Below, piece by piece: positions 38,570-48,362 of a stretch of DNA of 64,000 bases. Position numbers and translations under genes: made by a program. The stretch covers positions 56,347-120,346 of the forward strand of contig JBQCDV010000091.1 of assembly GCA_051960855.1 (NCBI GenBank), written 5' to 3'. Under the pieces are notes generated by a model that was given only the letters and a program-made list of their open reading frames with translations, was not told the origin of the DNA and ran no database searches. The stretch is from Actinomycetales bacterium. GTDB lineage: Bacteria; Actinomycetota; Actinomycetes; JAJZTN01. Within the stretch, counting starts at the first letter, position 1. Each line of letters opens with the position of its first letter.

Positions 38570-39895
38570 GGCCCGGCGGTGCGCTGATGACCGGCTGACG
38601 TAGACGGCGACCACGCCGGTCAGCACCACGATGGCCGTGGCCGACAGCCCGAGAGACAGGTGCACCCCGATGGCGCCGCCGAGGAGCCCGACAGTGAAGC
38701 CGCTGCCGGCGCGCAGCCCGTTGGCGGACATGCCGTAGACGCCGATCACCTGCCCGCGCTTGCCCTCCGGCGCTCGCAGCTGCACCAGGGTCTGGCCGAT
38801 GGACATGCTGGCCAGGTTGGCGATGCCCCCGATGAGCAGCATGGCGACGGCGAGCAGGTAGTTGCGGGTCGCGGCGAAGCCGAGCATCGACAGTCCGTAG
38901 ACCGCGGTGCTCACCATCGCGGTGGGAACGGTGGGCCGCAGGCGGCCGGTGACCTCCAGCAGCAGGCCCCCGATGACCCCGCCCGCGCCGTTCGCGAACA
39001 GCAACACCGTGTACGCCGTTCCCGCCGCTCCTGCTCCATCGTCGTGGGCGAAGATCGGCATCGCCGACTGCAACGACGCGCCAACGAAGAAGGAGCCGAT
39101 GCCGCCGAGGGCGATCATGCTGAGGATCACCGAGTCCTGCCGGACGTCGCGGATGACGCGCAGCGCCTGGGCCAGGGTGAGCCGCGGCCGGGCTGCTCCG
39201 CTGCGGCTGTGCCCCGTGAAGCGGGTGCGCGCCAGGAAGAGCGTGAGCGGCAGGTAGATCAGGACGTTCGTGAAGATCCCCGCGGTCGGCTTGAGACCCA
39301 GCAGCAGCGCGGCGCCGACGATCGGTCCGCAGAGGATGCCGAGGCTGCGGGCGGTGGCATTGAGCCGAACGGCGCTGGGGAGTGCCTCGTCGCCGACGAA
39401 GTCGTGCAGCATCAGCTGCTCGGCGGGGCCCCAGAGGGCCCCGGCCAGACCGTGCACGACCAGCAGCAGGCACGCGGCTGCGACCGTGAGCGTGCCGGTG
39501 AGGAAGAGGACACCCCAGGCCGCCGAGACCGCCATGAAGAGCAGCTGCGCCACCTGGATGACGCGGCGGCAGTCGTACCGGTCGGCCAGGCCGCCGAAGG
39601 TCACCGACAGCAGCAGGAACGGCACCCAGTGGGCGATGACCGCGAAGCCGGCCAGGGCGGGGGAGTGGAACTGCTGCCAGAGCACCCAGTAGGTGATGAC
39701 GTGCTCGATGTTGTCGGCCATCATCGACAACATGCCACCGACCAGGTAGGTGCGGCAGTCGCGGTTGCGCAGCGCGGCGAACTTCGCCGGCGGGGCCGCG
39801 GCCGTGCCGGGGCGCGGCTGGGCGGGCAGGACCGGCGACTCCTCCGGCGGGGTCAGGACGGGGACGTGCGACGGCACGCCGCAGGCGGAGCACAT
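38546..39895 (-). CDS. MFS transporter
   Basis: 12-TM major facilitator topology. Confidence 0.8.
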   Translation of the reverse strand: MCSACGVPSHVPVLTPPEESPVLPAQPRPGTAAAPPAKFAALRNRDCRTYLVGGMLSMMADNIEHVITYWVLWQQFHSPALAGFAVIAHWVPFLLLSVTFGGLADRYDCRRVIQVAQLLFMAVSAAWGVLFLTGTLTVAAACLLLVVHGLAGALWGPAEQLMLHDFVGDEALPSAVRLNATARSLGILCGPIVGAALLLGLKPTAGIFTNVLIYLPLTLFLARTRFTGHSRSGAARPRLTLAQALRVIRDVRQDSVILSMIALGGIGSFFVGASLQSAMPIFAHDDGAGAAGTAYTVLLFANGAGGVIGGLLLEVTGRLRPTVPTAMVSTAVYGLSMLGFAATRNYLLAVAMLLIGGIANLASMSIGQTLVQLRAPEGKRGQVIGVYGMSANGLRAGSGFTVGLLGGAIGVHLSLGLSATAIVVLTGVVAVYVSRSSAHRRASALHGAG

Positions 39896-39938
39896 GGGGA
39901 CCAGTGTCTCGCGCCGGCGACGTGCCGGACCCGCATGG

Positions 39939-40523
39939 TCAGGCGGGCAGCGACGTTCCGTTGGTGATGTTGAGGACGGTCGCGAACGTGAGGTACATCA
40001 GCCACAGCCCGGTCACGACGTGGACCAGGCCGAGGATGCGCTCGAAGGCCTCGAGTCCGACGGCGACGAAGAAGTCGCTGACGTAGACCAGGGTCAGCCC
40101 GAGGAACAGCAGTCCCACGGGCCAGGCGCCGTTGCCGAAGAAGACCACCATGCCCAGGATGGACAGGATCGTGAAGGCGACGGACATACCGGCGTTGGGT
40201 GCAGGGGAGTTGCCGCGGTAGCGGTTCCAGCCGAGTGCGAACCAGTGGATGCCGTACGCCGAGAAGGCCACAGCCGCCATATAGAGCGCCTTGTCGTGGA
40301 AGACCTGCAGCCACGTCAGCCCGACGAAGAGCAGGATGCCGGTCACGAGCTGGCACAGCCCGGGCAGGAAGACGCCCCAGACGCCGAGGGAGCGGTCCAC
40401 CCGCTCGTCACGCGCCGGGAATCCGAACAGCTCGGCCGGCCCCCAGATCAGATAGCCGGTGCCGAGCCCGAAGAAGCCGAGTGCCACGGGGACGAAGTCC
40501 GACGTCGCCAGCTCAACAGCCAT
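39939..40523 (-). CDS. GPR1/FUN34/YaaH (SatP/AceTr) acetate-succinate transporter family protein
   Basis: NPAPxG-like motif (NSPAPNAG); 6 TM. Confidence 0.8.
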   Translation of the reverse strand: MAVELATSDFVPVALGFFGLGTGYLIWGPAELFGFPARDERVDRSLGVWGVFLPGLCQLVTGILLFVGLTWLQVFHDKALYMAAVAFSAYGIHWFALGWNRYRGNSPAPNAGMSVAFTILSILGMVVFFGNGAWPVGLLFLGLTLVYVSDFFVAVGLEAFERILGLVHVVTGLWLMYLTFATVLNITNGTSLPA

Positions 40524-40689
40524 GTACTCCTCCTAGTTGTTGTGCGGAGAAGTACCACCGCATGCCGGATGACAAACGACTCCCATGGGGGCGCGAGCCG
40601 GTGCCGTCTGGCAGAATGTCCGGAAGAAGCGTTTTGCGTGATCTCGACCGGGGCACCGTTGGGGCCGTACCCGAGCCGAGAGGTAACCC

Positions 40690-41544
40690 ATGCACACTTC
40701 CGCCCCCCTGGCCGTGGACTTCGGCCAGGGCATCTCGGACGCGTGGAGCAATGTCGCCACGTTCGTCCCGAAGCTCGTCGCGTTCCTCGTCATCCTGCTG
40801 ATCACTTGGATTGTCGCCAAGGTCCTTCAGAAGGTCGTCGACGCGGTCCTGGAGAAGGTCAACTTCGACCGTGCCGTCGAGCGAGGCGGCATCAAGAAGG
40901 CCATGTCCCGCAGCAAGTACGACGCCAGCGACCTGGTCGGCAAGCTGGTCTACTACGCCGTCTGGCTCTTCGGCCTGTCTGCCGCCTTCCACGTCTGGGG
41001 CGACAACCCCATCAGCCAGCTGCTGCAGAACGTCATCGAGTTCCTGCCCAAGGTCTTCGTCGCGATCGTGATCGTCGTGGTGGCCGCGGCCATCGCCAAC
41101 GCGGTCAAGAGCCTGATCACCGACATGATCGGCGGCCTGTCCTACGGCAAGTTCCTCGCCAACGCCGCGATGGTCTTCATCTGGGGCATCGGCATCATCG
41201 CCGCCCTCAACCAGATCGACGTCGCCGTCACGGTCACGGAGCCGATCCTCATCACCGTGCTCGCCATCATCGCCGGTGTCACCATCGTCGGCGTCGGCGG
41301 TGGCCTCATCCAGCCGATGCGCCAGCGCTGGGAGCAGTACCTCCAGCAGGCCTCGCAGCAGACCCAGCAGATGAAGCAGCACGTCCAGGCCAAGCAGGGC
41401 TCGTCGTCCTCTCCGAGCCGTCCCAGCTCGGAGGGGTACAGCAACTACGGCACCCCCGGCTCGACGGCCGCCAACGTCGACCTGCGCGACAGCACGCAGC
41501 AGATGCCGGCGACGCCGGAGGCCGGTCGCTACGACGGCCGCTGA
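40690..41544 (+). CDS. membrane protein with duplicated conserved-TM-helix (MscS-associated/CmpX-like) repeats and a Q/S-rich tail
   Basis: Two similar FxPKxxVAxxIxxxxxxIA segments; low-complexity C-terminus. Confidence 0.5.
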   Translation: MHTSAPLAVDFGQGISDAWSNVATFVPKLVAFLVILLITWIVAKVLQKVVDAVLEKVNFDRAVERGGIKKAMSRSKYDASDLVGKLVYYAVWLFGLSAAFHVWGDNPISQLLQNVIEFLPKVFVAIVIVVVAAAIANAVKSLITDMIGGLSYGKFLANAAMVFIWGIGIIAALNQIDVAVTVTEPILITVLAIIAGVTIVGVGGGLIQPMRQRWEQYLQQASQQTQQMKQHVQAKQGSSSSPSRPSSEGYSNYGTPGSTAANVDLRDSTQQMPATPEAGRYDGR

Positions 41545-41557
41545 CAGCAGCAGGTAG

Positions 41558-41586
41558 AAGGGGCCCACCGCGAGGTGGGCCCCTTC
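41558..41586. terminator. bidirectional intrinsic terminator hairpin (AGGGGCCCACC-GCGAG-GGTGGGCCCCT + T-tract) between convergent genes
   Basis: Perfect 11-bp inverted repeat read directly. Confidence 0.6.
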
Positions 41587-41594
41587 GGCGTTGC

Positions 41595-42467
41595 TCAGGG
41601 CAGCGTGAGGATCTCGGCTCCCGTCGCTGTGACGAGAAGGGTGTGTTCGAACTGCGCGGTGCGCTTGCGGTCGCGGGTCACGGCCGTCCAGCCGTCCTCC
41701 CACAGGTCCCACTCGTCGCTGCCCAACGTGAGCATCGGCTCGATGGTGAAGGTCATGCCGGTCTCGATGACGGTGTCGTAGGCGGGCTCGTCGTAGTGGG
41801 GGACGACCAGACCGGTGTGGAAGGTGGTTCCGATGCCGTGGCCGGTGAACGCCCGGACGCTGGTGTAGCCGAAACGCTTGGCGTAGGCCTCGATCACGCG
41901 ACCTGGCACATTGATCTGGCGGCCCGGCTTCACGGCGTTGATGGCCCGCATCAGAGCCTCGTGCGTCCGTTCGACGAGCAGCCTCGCCTCCTCGTCGACG
42001 TCGCCGACGAGGAAGGTGGCGTCGGTGTCGCCGTGCACTCCGTTGAGGAAGGCGGTGATGTCGACGTTGACGATGTCGCCGTCCCGCAGCACCGTCGAGT
42101 CGGGGATGCCGTGGCAGATGACCTCGTTGACCGACGTGCACAGCGACTTGGGAAAGGCGGGGCCGCGGCCGGAGCCCGGGTAGCCCAGCGTTGAGGGGTA
42201 GGCGCGGTGGTCGAGCAGGAAGTCGTGCCCGACCCGGTCGAGCTCGTCGGTCGTGACGCCCGGAGCGACGTGTCGCCGCACCTCCTGCAGCGCCTGCGCG
42301 GCAACGCGGCAGGCGACCCGCATCTTCTCGATGGTCTCGGCGTCCTTGACCTCGGAGCCCTCGAACGGCGTCGCGCGGGGCTGGCCGACATACTCCGGGC
42401 GCGGGATGTCAGCGGGGACGGCGCGAGGGGGCGAGATTCGGCCGGGGACGACAGGCGTGACGGGCAT
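41595..42467 (-). CDS. map: methionine aminopeptidase type I
   Basis: MetAP1 metal-binding motifs; GGAGGA RBS; ORF-track N-terminal 36 aa trimmed. Confidence 0.9.
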   Translation of the reverse strand: MPVTPVVPGRISPPRAVPADIPRPEYVGQPRATPFEGSEVKDAETIEKMRVACRVAAQALQEVRRHVAPGVTTDELDRVGHDFLLDHRAYPSTLGYPGSGRGPAFPKSLCTSVNEVICHGIPDSTVLRDGDIVNVDITAFLNGVHGDTDATFLVGDVDEEARLLVERTHEALMRAINAVKPGRQINVPGRVIEAYAKRFGYTSVRAFTGHGIGTTFHTGLVVPHYDEPAYDTVIETGMTFTIEPMLTLGSDEWDLWEDGWTAVTRDRKRTAQFEHTLLVTATGAEILTLP

Positions 42468-42615
42468 CCCCCGATCCTCCCCCTCTTGTGGCGGCGAGCA
42501 GGCAACGTCATGGGGGCCGGGTGACCGTGTCGTCACTCTCCGGCAGCAGGAGTGAGTCCAGCCGGCGGGGAGCATGATCTGCCCAGCACCTGTCGCACCA
42601 GCAGAGGAGAGGGAC

Positions 42616-42813
42616 GTGGCCGACGAGAACGAGTGGTTCTACTGCCTCAAGCACAAGACCGTCGAGCAGGCGGCCGGGTGCCGCAGCGCCGAGCGCATGG
42701 GGCCCTACGCGAGCGCAGAGGCGGCTTCGCACGCACTGGAGAGCGCGCACGCGCGCACCGAGCAGTGGGACGCCGAGGACCAGGCCTGGAACGAGCGCGG
42801 CGAGCGGTCCTGA
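42616..42813 (+). CDS. hypothetical small protein (WFYCLKH…C motif)
   Basis: GTG start with GGAG 6 nt upstream; 65 aa. Confidence 0.4.
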   Translation: MADENEWFYCLKHKTVEQAAGCRSAERMGPYASAEAASHALESAHARTEQWDAEDQAWNERGERS

Positions 42814-42891
42814 CGGGCAGGGGTATCGACGGTTAGCAGCTCTGCGGCCAGCCGTTGTTGCGGCGAGGAGCGCCGCTAGCGCCGTTCGGGC

Positions 42892-43869
42892 TCACACCCT
42901 CACAAAGCCGCCGGGGAACTGCCACAGGTCGGGCGCCGGGGGTTGCGCGGGGAGCGGCTGAGCGGTGGGCGTCATGCCGGTCAGCTGCGCGAAGGCTTCG
43001 AGCAGGGGCCGCCCGGCGCGCAGCACTGCTCCCTTGTCGAAGCCCAGCACCTGCCAACCGAGCTCCTCGTGCAGCCGCGCGCGGCGCCGCCAGTCGTGCC
43101 GCTGCGCGGCGACGGTGGAGTGGTGCTCCTCGCCGTCGTACTCGAGCCCGACCCGCAGTTCCGGCAGCGCGAGGTCGAGCCGCACCGGCCCGGTCGAGAG
43201 GCGCAGCGGGTGCTGCGCGACCGGGCGGGGGAAGCCGGCGTCGATGAAGCCCAGCCGCAGCCACGACTCCCCGAAGGACTCGGTCAGCGGCTCGACCAGC
43301 CGGGCGATGTCGCGGGCCTGCCGGATATAGCGGTGCCCGGCAAAGCGCTCCACCTCGCCGGCGAGCTCGTCGGGCAGCACCAGCCCGAGGTGGGCCAGGG
43401 CGTCGACCGCGGCGAGGGCGTCCCGGCGGGGCAGCCACCGGGCCAGGTCGACGGCCGTGCGCGGCGGTGTCGTCGTGGGGATGCCGTGCACGAGGGCGAC
43501 GTCCCGGTCGGCGAGGACGAGGGCGTCGCAGCCGTGGACTCCCTGCCGTCGCGGACGCGAACCGGGCGGACCGGCGCAGTCGACGAGGGGCACCGACAGA
43601 TGCCGGCCCGGCGCCCTCGCGTCGACCCCCCACAGCCAGGCGGCACTGCGCCGCGACACGACGACGCGGGGCGGCAGGACCAGCGCCAGCGCCCGAGCCC
43701 GCAGCAGGGGGGTGTCAGGCGCGGCAGCCGCGACGTAGACGCCCTGCAGGACCTGCCGCAGCGCACCGCTGGCCCGCGCCTCGCGGAACGCCGAGCGCGT
43801 GAACCCCGCCGCCTCGTGGTCGACAGCGCGGAAGCACTCGTCGTCGCCGTGGTAACTGGGGCTGGCCAT
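42892..43869 (-). CDS. DUF559 (Vsr/restriction-endonuclease-like) domain protein with AbiEi-like N-terminus
   Basis: C-terminal LEYDGEEHH…WRRRARL pattern typical of DUF559. Confidence 0.6.
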   Translation of the reverse strand: MASPSYHGDDECFRAVDHEAAGFTRSAFREARASGALRQVLQGVYVAAAAPDTPLLRARALALVLPPRVVVSRRSAAWLWGVDARAPGRHLSVPLVDCAGPPGSRPRRQGVHGCDALVLADRDVALVHGIPTTTPPRTAVDLARWLPRRDALAAVDALAHLGLVLPDELAGEVERFAGHRYIRQARDIARLVEPLTESFGESWLRLGFIDAGFPRPVAQHPLRLSTGPVRLDLALPELRVGLEYDGEEHHSTVAAQRHDWRRRARLHEELGWQVLGFDKGAVLRAGRPLLEAFAQLTGMTPTAQPLPAQPPAPDLWQFPGGFVRV

Positions 43870-44014
43870 CTCCCCAGCGTGCTCGAACGGCGCTGCTGCG
43901 CGTGCCCGTCGTCCACAGGCTGCAGCGCCCGCGACGGCTGACGTTCCAGGCAGGTAAGGGGCAGGGGGGTCTTACCTTGCCTGCTCGGCGAGACCGGGTC
44001 ACGCGGCGGGAGGG

Positions 44015-45370
44015 TCACGCGGCGCGGGCGGCGCGCACCTCCCGCTCCCGGACGGCGTGCTCGCTGGTGCGGTCGTCGTAGCGGACCAGGGCCGGCAGAC
44101 ACGTGGCTAGCACTCCCACGGCGCCGAGACACACCAGGCCTCCGCTGACGATCGACGTCCGCAGGGAGGTGACTGCGGCAAGGCCGCCGGCGCGGGCGTT
44201 GCCGGCCATCGGCCCGAGCGAGTAGCTCAGCAGCTCGATGCCGGCCAGCCGACCGCGCAGCTCGTCGGGGATCGTGCCGTTCCACACGGCGCTGCGGAAC
44301 AAGCCACTGACCATGTCGAAGGCGCCCGCCAGGACGAGGAACCCGAGCGCGACCCAGATGCCACGCGCGAGACCGAAGCCGACCATGGCCGCGCCGTAGA
44401 GCCCGGCGGCGCACAGGATCGCCAGACCGTGCCGATGCACATGTGCGGTCCAGCCACTCGTCACTGTGACGAGAAGGGACCCGACCGAGCCGGCGCTGTA
44501 GAGCAGACCGACGGCCCACGGCGCGTGTAGCTCGTCTGCCACAAAGGGAAACAGCGCCGTCGCAAAGCCGAAGACCATCGCGACGGTGTCGACGGCGTAG
44601 GTCCCGAGCAGGTCCTTGCGGCTCCAGGCGTAGGCGAGCCCTTCACGGATCGCCCCGATCGACGGCGGCTGGGCCTCCTCGCTGGCCGGCACCGGCCGCA
44701 GCCGCAGCAGCAACGCGATGCTGACGACGTAGGTCGCCACATCCCAGGCGTAGGCCGACCACGTCCCGATGCCCGAGACCATGAGGCCGCCGATGGCCGG
44801 TCCCACGATCGCGCCGAGGGAGAAGCGCACCGAGGACAGCGCGCTGGCCGCGACGAGCTCGTCGTGGGCGACGACGCGGGGGATCAGCGAGTCCAGGCTG
44901 GGCCGCTGCAGGCTGTCGGCCACCGCGAAGAGCCCACTGATCGCAAACAGCGGCCACACCAGCGGCTGCGCCCGCAGCGCGTTGAGCAGCAGCAGGCCGG
45001 ACAGGACGAGCATCGCCGCCTCGCAGACCAGCACCATGCGCCGGCGGTCGACCGCATCGGCCAGCGCACCGCCGTACAGCCCGAAGACGATCAGCGGCAC
45101 CACCTCGACCGCGCCGAGCAGACCGGCGAGGGCCAGCGAGCCCGTCAGCTGCTTGAGCTGGAACGGCAGGGCCACGTAGGTCACCAGCGACCCCAGCATC
45201 GTCACGGCGCCCGAGGTCCACAGCAGCCGGAAGTCTCGCGAGGTCCGCAGCGGCCGGATGTCCATCGCGTACCAGCGGCGGCGCGACGCGGTGGCGTCGA
45301 CGGCGGGCTCGCCGGTCAGCGGTGGCTGCGGCTCGGGGAGGGCGACGGGCGAAGGGCTGGGGTCGGACAC
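44015..45370 (-). CDS. MFS transporter
   Basis: 12 TM; DRRRM motif-A-like loop. Confidence 0.85.
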   Translation of the reverse strand: MSDPSPSPVALPEPQPPLTGEPAVDATASRRRWYAMDIRPLRTSRDFRLLWTSGAVTMLGSLVTYVALPFQLKQLTGSLALAGLLGAVEVVPLIVFGLYGGALADAVDRRRMVLVCEAAMLVLSGLLLLNALRAQPLVWPLFAISGLFAVADSLQRPSLDSLIPRVVAHDELVAASALSSVRFSLGAIVGPAIGGLMVSGIGTWSAYAWDVATYVVSIALLLRLRPVPASEEAQPPSIGAIREGLAYAWSRKDLLGTYAVDTVAMVFGFATALFPFVADELHAPWAVGLLYSAGSVGSLLVTVTSGWTAHVHRHGLAILCAAGLYGAAMVGFGLARGIWVALGFLVLAGAFDMVSGLFRSAVWNGTIPDELRGRLAGIELLSYSLGPMAGNARAGGLAAVTSLRTSIVSGGLVCLGAVGVLATCLPALVRYDDRTSEHAVREREVRAARAA

Positions 45371-45416
45371 GAGGGTCCATGGTGACGGACGGCGCCGGTC
45401 CTGACGAGCGATTTCC

Positions 45417-45486
45417 GAACGGCGCTGCCCCTCCCTAACGGCGCTGCCCCTCCCGAACGGCGCTGCCCCTCCCGAACGGCGCTGCC
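45417..45486. repeat. intergenic tandem repeat, 19-bp unit GAACGGCGCTGCCCCTCCC, about 3.7 copies
   Basis: Direct reading. Confidence 0.85.
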
Positions 45487-45489
45487 GCG

Positions 45490-46113
45490 CTACCGCATCC
45501 GGCGCGGCACCGGAGCCGGACCGCTCACGCGGTCGAGCAGACGGCCGAGGCGCTGGCGGGCACCCTCGATCCGCGGCACGAGCGGCCGGGCCGCCGAGCC
45601 GGCCAGCAGGTGCTGCACGGTGTCGAGGTCGACGACCGCCTCGCTCGGCACCGCCGGGGCCGGGACGGGCAGAGCCTCGTGGGCGAGCGCCTCCAGCTCC
45701 GGATCACCCCCGTCGACGCTGAAGATGGTGGCTCCCGCCCGGCGTGCGTCGTTGACCCGCTCCAGCAGGTCGGCACCGCTGGCCCCGGGGAGCGCCTCCG
45801 GGGAGACCACGAGCAGGGAGTCGCGGCGACCGGCGACGCGCAGGCGGTCGAGTCCGACAGCCAGGTGCGCGGGGGCGCCGGGCGGCGGGGACCACCGCAC
45901 CAGCGTCGGCTCCAGCTCGGGCAGGGCGGCGATGCGGGCCTCGTCGGACAGGTGAGCGGCCAGGTGCCACGGCTCCTCCTGCTCGGTCCCGACGAGCAGC
46001 AGGCCCTGCGGCTCGAGCCGCCGCCGCAGTGACAGCGCGAAGCCGTCGACGCGCTGCACCCACCCGGTGCCTGAGAGCACCTCGCGCAGCAGCAGGGCCC
46101 GGGTCGCGTCCAC
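45490..46113 (-). CDS. hypothetical protein (possible SIS-like fold)
   Basis: Only the C-terminal 207 aa of the 650-aa ORF look coding; GTG start divergent from npdG. Confidence 0.3.
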   Translation of the reverse strand: MDATRALLLREVLSGTGWVQRVDGFALSLRRRLEPQGLLLVGTEQEEPWHLAAHLSDEARIAALPELEPTLVRWSPPPGAPAHLAVGLDRLRVAGRRDSLLVVSPEALPGASGADLLERVNDARRAGATIFSVDGGDPELEALAHEALPVPAPAVPSEAVVDLDTVQHLLAGSAARPLVPRIEGARQRLGRLLDRVSGPAPVPRRMR

Positions 46114-46209
46114 ATGACCATCGTGCCGGAGCGTGGCGGAGGAGCGCCGCACCCTTTCAAGATCCGTGTGTCGGGCGCGAAGGCTGGGCCCATCCGGGAG
46201 AATCTCGTC

Positions 46210-46911
46210 ATGACCGATGTCGCGCAGCCGCAGTCCACCCCCCTCGACGGACTGACCGTCGGCATCCTCGGAGGCACCGGGGACCAGGGACGGGGGCTCG
46301 CCTACCGGCTGGCGCGCGCCGGGACCAGCGTCGTTCTCGGATCGCGCAGCGCCGACCGCGCAGCAGCAGCGGCGGCGGAGCTCACGTCGGGAGAGGCTGC
46401 AGCGAGCGGAATCACGGGGGCGGGCAACCGCGACTGCGCCGGGCAGTCCGACGTCGTGATCGTGGCCGTGCCGTGGGAGGGACATGGTGACCTGCTGCGC
46501 GAGCTCGCGGACATCCTCGCCGGGAAGCTCGTCGTGGACTGCGTGAACCCGCTGGGCTTCGACAAGCAGGGCGCCTACGCACTCGACGTCCCCGAGGGCA
46601 GTGCCGCCCAGCAGGCTGCGTCGCTGCTGCCGGAGTCGCGGGTGACAGCGGCCTTCCACCACGTCTCGGCGGTGCTGCTGCTCGACCGGTCGCTCGACAC
46701 GATCGACACCGACGTCATGGTCCTCGGCGACGACCGCGAGGCCACCGACCTGGTCCAGGCGCTGGCGTCGAGCATCGCGGGCGTCAGAGGCTGCTACGCC
46801 GGCCGCCTGCGCAACGCCCATCAGGTCGAGTCGCTGACCGCCAACCTCATCTCGGTCAACCGCCGCTACAAGACGCACGCGGGGCTGCGACTCTCTGGCG
46901 AGGGCTTCTGA
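46210..46911 (+). CDS. npdG: NADPH-dependent F420 reductase
   Basis: GILGGTGDQGRGLA Rossmann motif; Fno family. Confidence 0.75.
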   Translation: MTDVAQPQSTPLDGLTVGILGGTGDQGRGLAYRLARAGTSVVLGSRSADRAAAAAAELTSGEAAASGITGAGNRDCAGQSDVVIVAVPWEGHGDLLRELADILAGKLVVDCVNPLGFDKQGAYALDVPEGSAAQQAASLLPESRVTAAFHHVSAVLLLDRSLDTIDTDVMVLGDDREATDLVQALASSIAGVRGCYAGRLRNAHQVESLTANLISVNRRYKTHAGLRLSGEGF

Positions 46912-46933
46912 TGCATCCGGCGTCAGGGCCGGC

Positions 46934-47689
46934 GTGACCGTGGCCCCGCGCGTCGTCTCCCTGGTGCCCTCGCTCACCGAGACGGTCGCAGTCTCGGCGC
47001 CGCACCTTCTCGTCGGCGCGACGCAATGGTGCACGGAGCCGGCGGGTCTCGCGGTCGCACGGATCGGCGGCACCAAGAACCCCGACATCGAGCAGATCCT
47101 CAAGCTCGATCCCGACCTCGTGCTGGCCAACGAGGAGGAGAACCGTGCGCCGGACCTGGCCGCCCTGCGCAACGCCGGAGTCACCGTCCTCGAGACGTAC
47201 GTCCGCTCGCTCTCCGACGCCTTCGCCGAGCTCGATCGGGTGCACGACGCCTGCGGCCTGGCGCGGCCGGATTGGCTCACTGAGGCCCGCCGGGTTTGGG
47301 GCGCCGAGGGCGGTGGCGGCACAGTGGGTGGGGCCGCTCGCCAGCGGCTGCTGGCTGTGGTCCCGATCTGGCGGCGGCCCTGGATGGCGCTGGGACACGA
47401 CACCTTCGCCGGCGATGTCCTGGCGCACCTCGGTGTCGGCAACGTGCTGGCCGACAGCGAGCAGCGGTACCCCCGCTTCGACCCAGCGGAACTGCTGGAA
47501 GACGAGAGCCGGAGACCCGCTCTGGCTGTCCTGCCCGATGAGCCTTACCGCTTCACCCCGGACGACGGGCCGGAGGCCTTCCCCGGGATCCCGTCGCGAC
47601 TGGTCTCCGGCCGGCATCTCACCTGGTACGGCCCCAGCCTCCTCGAGGCGCGCACCGCCCTCGCGCGCGCACTCGGCGGCGGCCTCTAG
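46934..47689 (+). CDS. class III periplasmic-binding-protein-fold (BtuF/TroA-like) protein without signal peptide
   Basis: VVSLVPSLTE…IGGTKNPDIEQILKLDPDLVL pattern; GTG start. Confidence 0.55.
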   Translation: MTVAPRVVSLVPSLTETVAVSAPHLLVGATQWCTEPAGLAVARIGGTKNPDIEQILKLDPDLVLANEEENRAPDLAALRNAGVTVLETYVRSLSDAFAELDRVHDACGLARPDWLTEARRVWGAEGGGGTVGGAARQRLLAVVPIWRRPWMALGHDTFAGDVLAHLGVGNVLADSEQRYPRFDPAELLEDESRRPALAVLPDEPYRFTPDDGPEAFPGIPSRLVSGRHLTWYGPSLLEARTALARALGGGL

Positions 47690-48063
47690 AGCGCCTCGAC
47701 CGAGGACCGGAGCCGGCAGGCAATGTCAGCCACCTCGTCCAACTGGCCACTCGCGATCGCCATCACGAGCTCGTACGCCTCGTCGTTCGTCAGGACGAAC
47801 CGGTAGCCGTTGACCCCGTAGAACGCCAGCACACTCGCCAGCCCGAGGCGCTTGTTGCCGTCGACAAGGGGATGGTTGCGGACGATTGCGTGCAGCAGAG
47901 CCGCGCCCTTGTCGTGAAGGGAGGCGTATGCGTCCTTCCCGAAGGCCGATGCGAGAGGACGTTGCGCCGCCGCGTCCAGCAGACCGACGTCTCGGAGCAG
48001 GACCTGACCGTTGAGGGTGCGGTCGGCAATGTGAAGAAGGTCCTCGAGGTCTAGGAAGATCAA
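47686..48063 (-). CDS. doc: Doc (death-on-curing) Fic-family toxin
   Basis: HPLVDGNKR Fic-like motif; TTG start 3 nt after the antitoxin stop. Confidence 0.8.
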   Translation of the reverse strand: MIFLDLEDLLHIADRTLNGQVLLRDVGLLDAAAQRPLASAFGKDAYASLHDKGAALLHAIVRNHPLVDGNKRLGLASVLAFYGVNGYRFVLTNDEAYELVMAIASGQLDEVADIACRLRSSVEAL

Positions 48064-48066
48064 GGG

Positions 48067-48279
48067 TCATCGACCGAGACGTTCGAGCGCCTCGGCGTAG
48101 CGGGGGATCTCCCGGTCGAGCACCTCGTCGAGCAACTGCCGCTTGCTGACACGCTCGACGTAGTCGCGGATTGCCTCGCGCGCGACCTCCTGCATCGATC
48201 GCCCTTCCAGCTGCGCCCGCTTGCGCAGCGCTGCCGCTTCCTCGTCGTCCAGTCGCAGCGTCACCGCCATGACGCTCAC
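48067..48279 (-). CDS. ribbon-helix-helix (CopG/Phd-like) antitoxin
   Basis: 70 aa; TLRLDDEEAAALRKRAQLEGRS RHH. Confidence 0.7.
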   Translation of the reverse strand: MSVMAVTLRLDDEEAAALRKRAQLEGRSMQEVAREAIRDYVERVSKRQLLDEVLDREIPRYAEALERLGR

Positions 48280-48362
48280 GGTATCGCGACTGATACCGCG
48301 CTGGGGGGTCCTGCCGCGGGTCGTCGGCCACCACGGCGAGGCTGACGTAGCAGACTGGCCCC

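Noticed and set aside
42574-42615. ATG 42574 as start of the small WFYCLKH protein
   Set aside because: RBS spacing of 1 nt; downstream GTG 42616 has a properly spaced GGAG
45490-47442. 650-aa minus ORF spanning npdG and the SBP-like gene
   Set aside because: Antisense artifact; at most the terminal 207 aa retained as a low-confidence CDS
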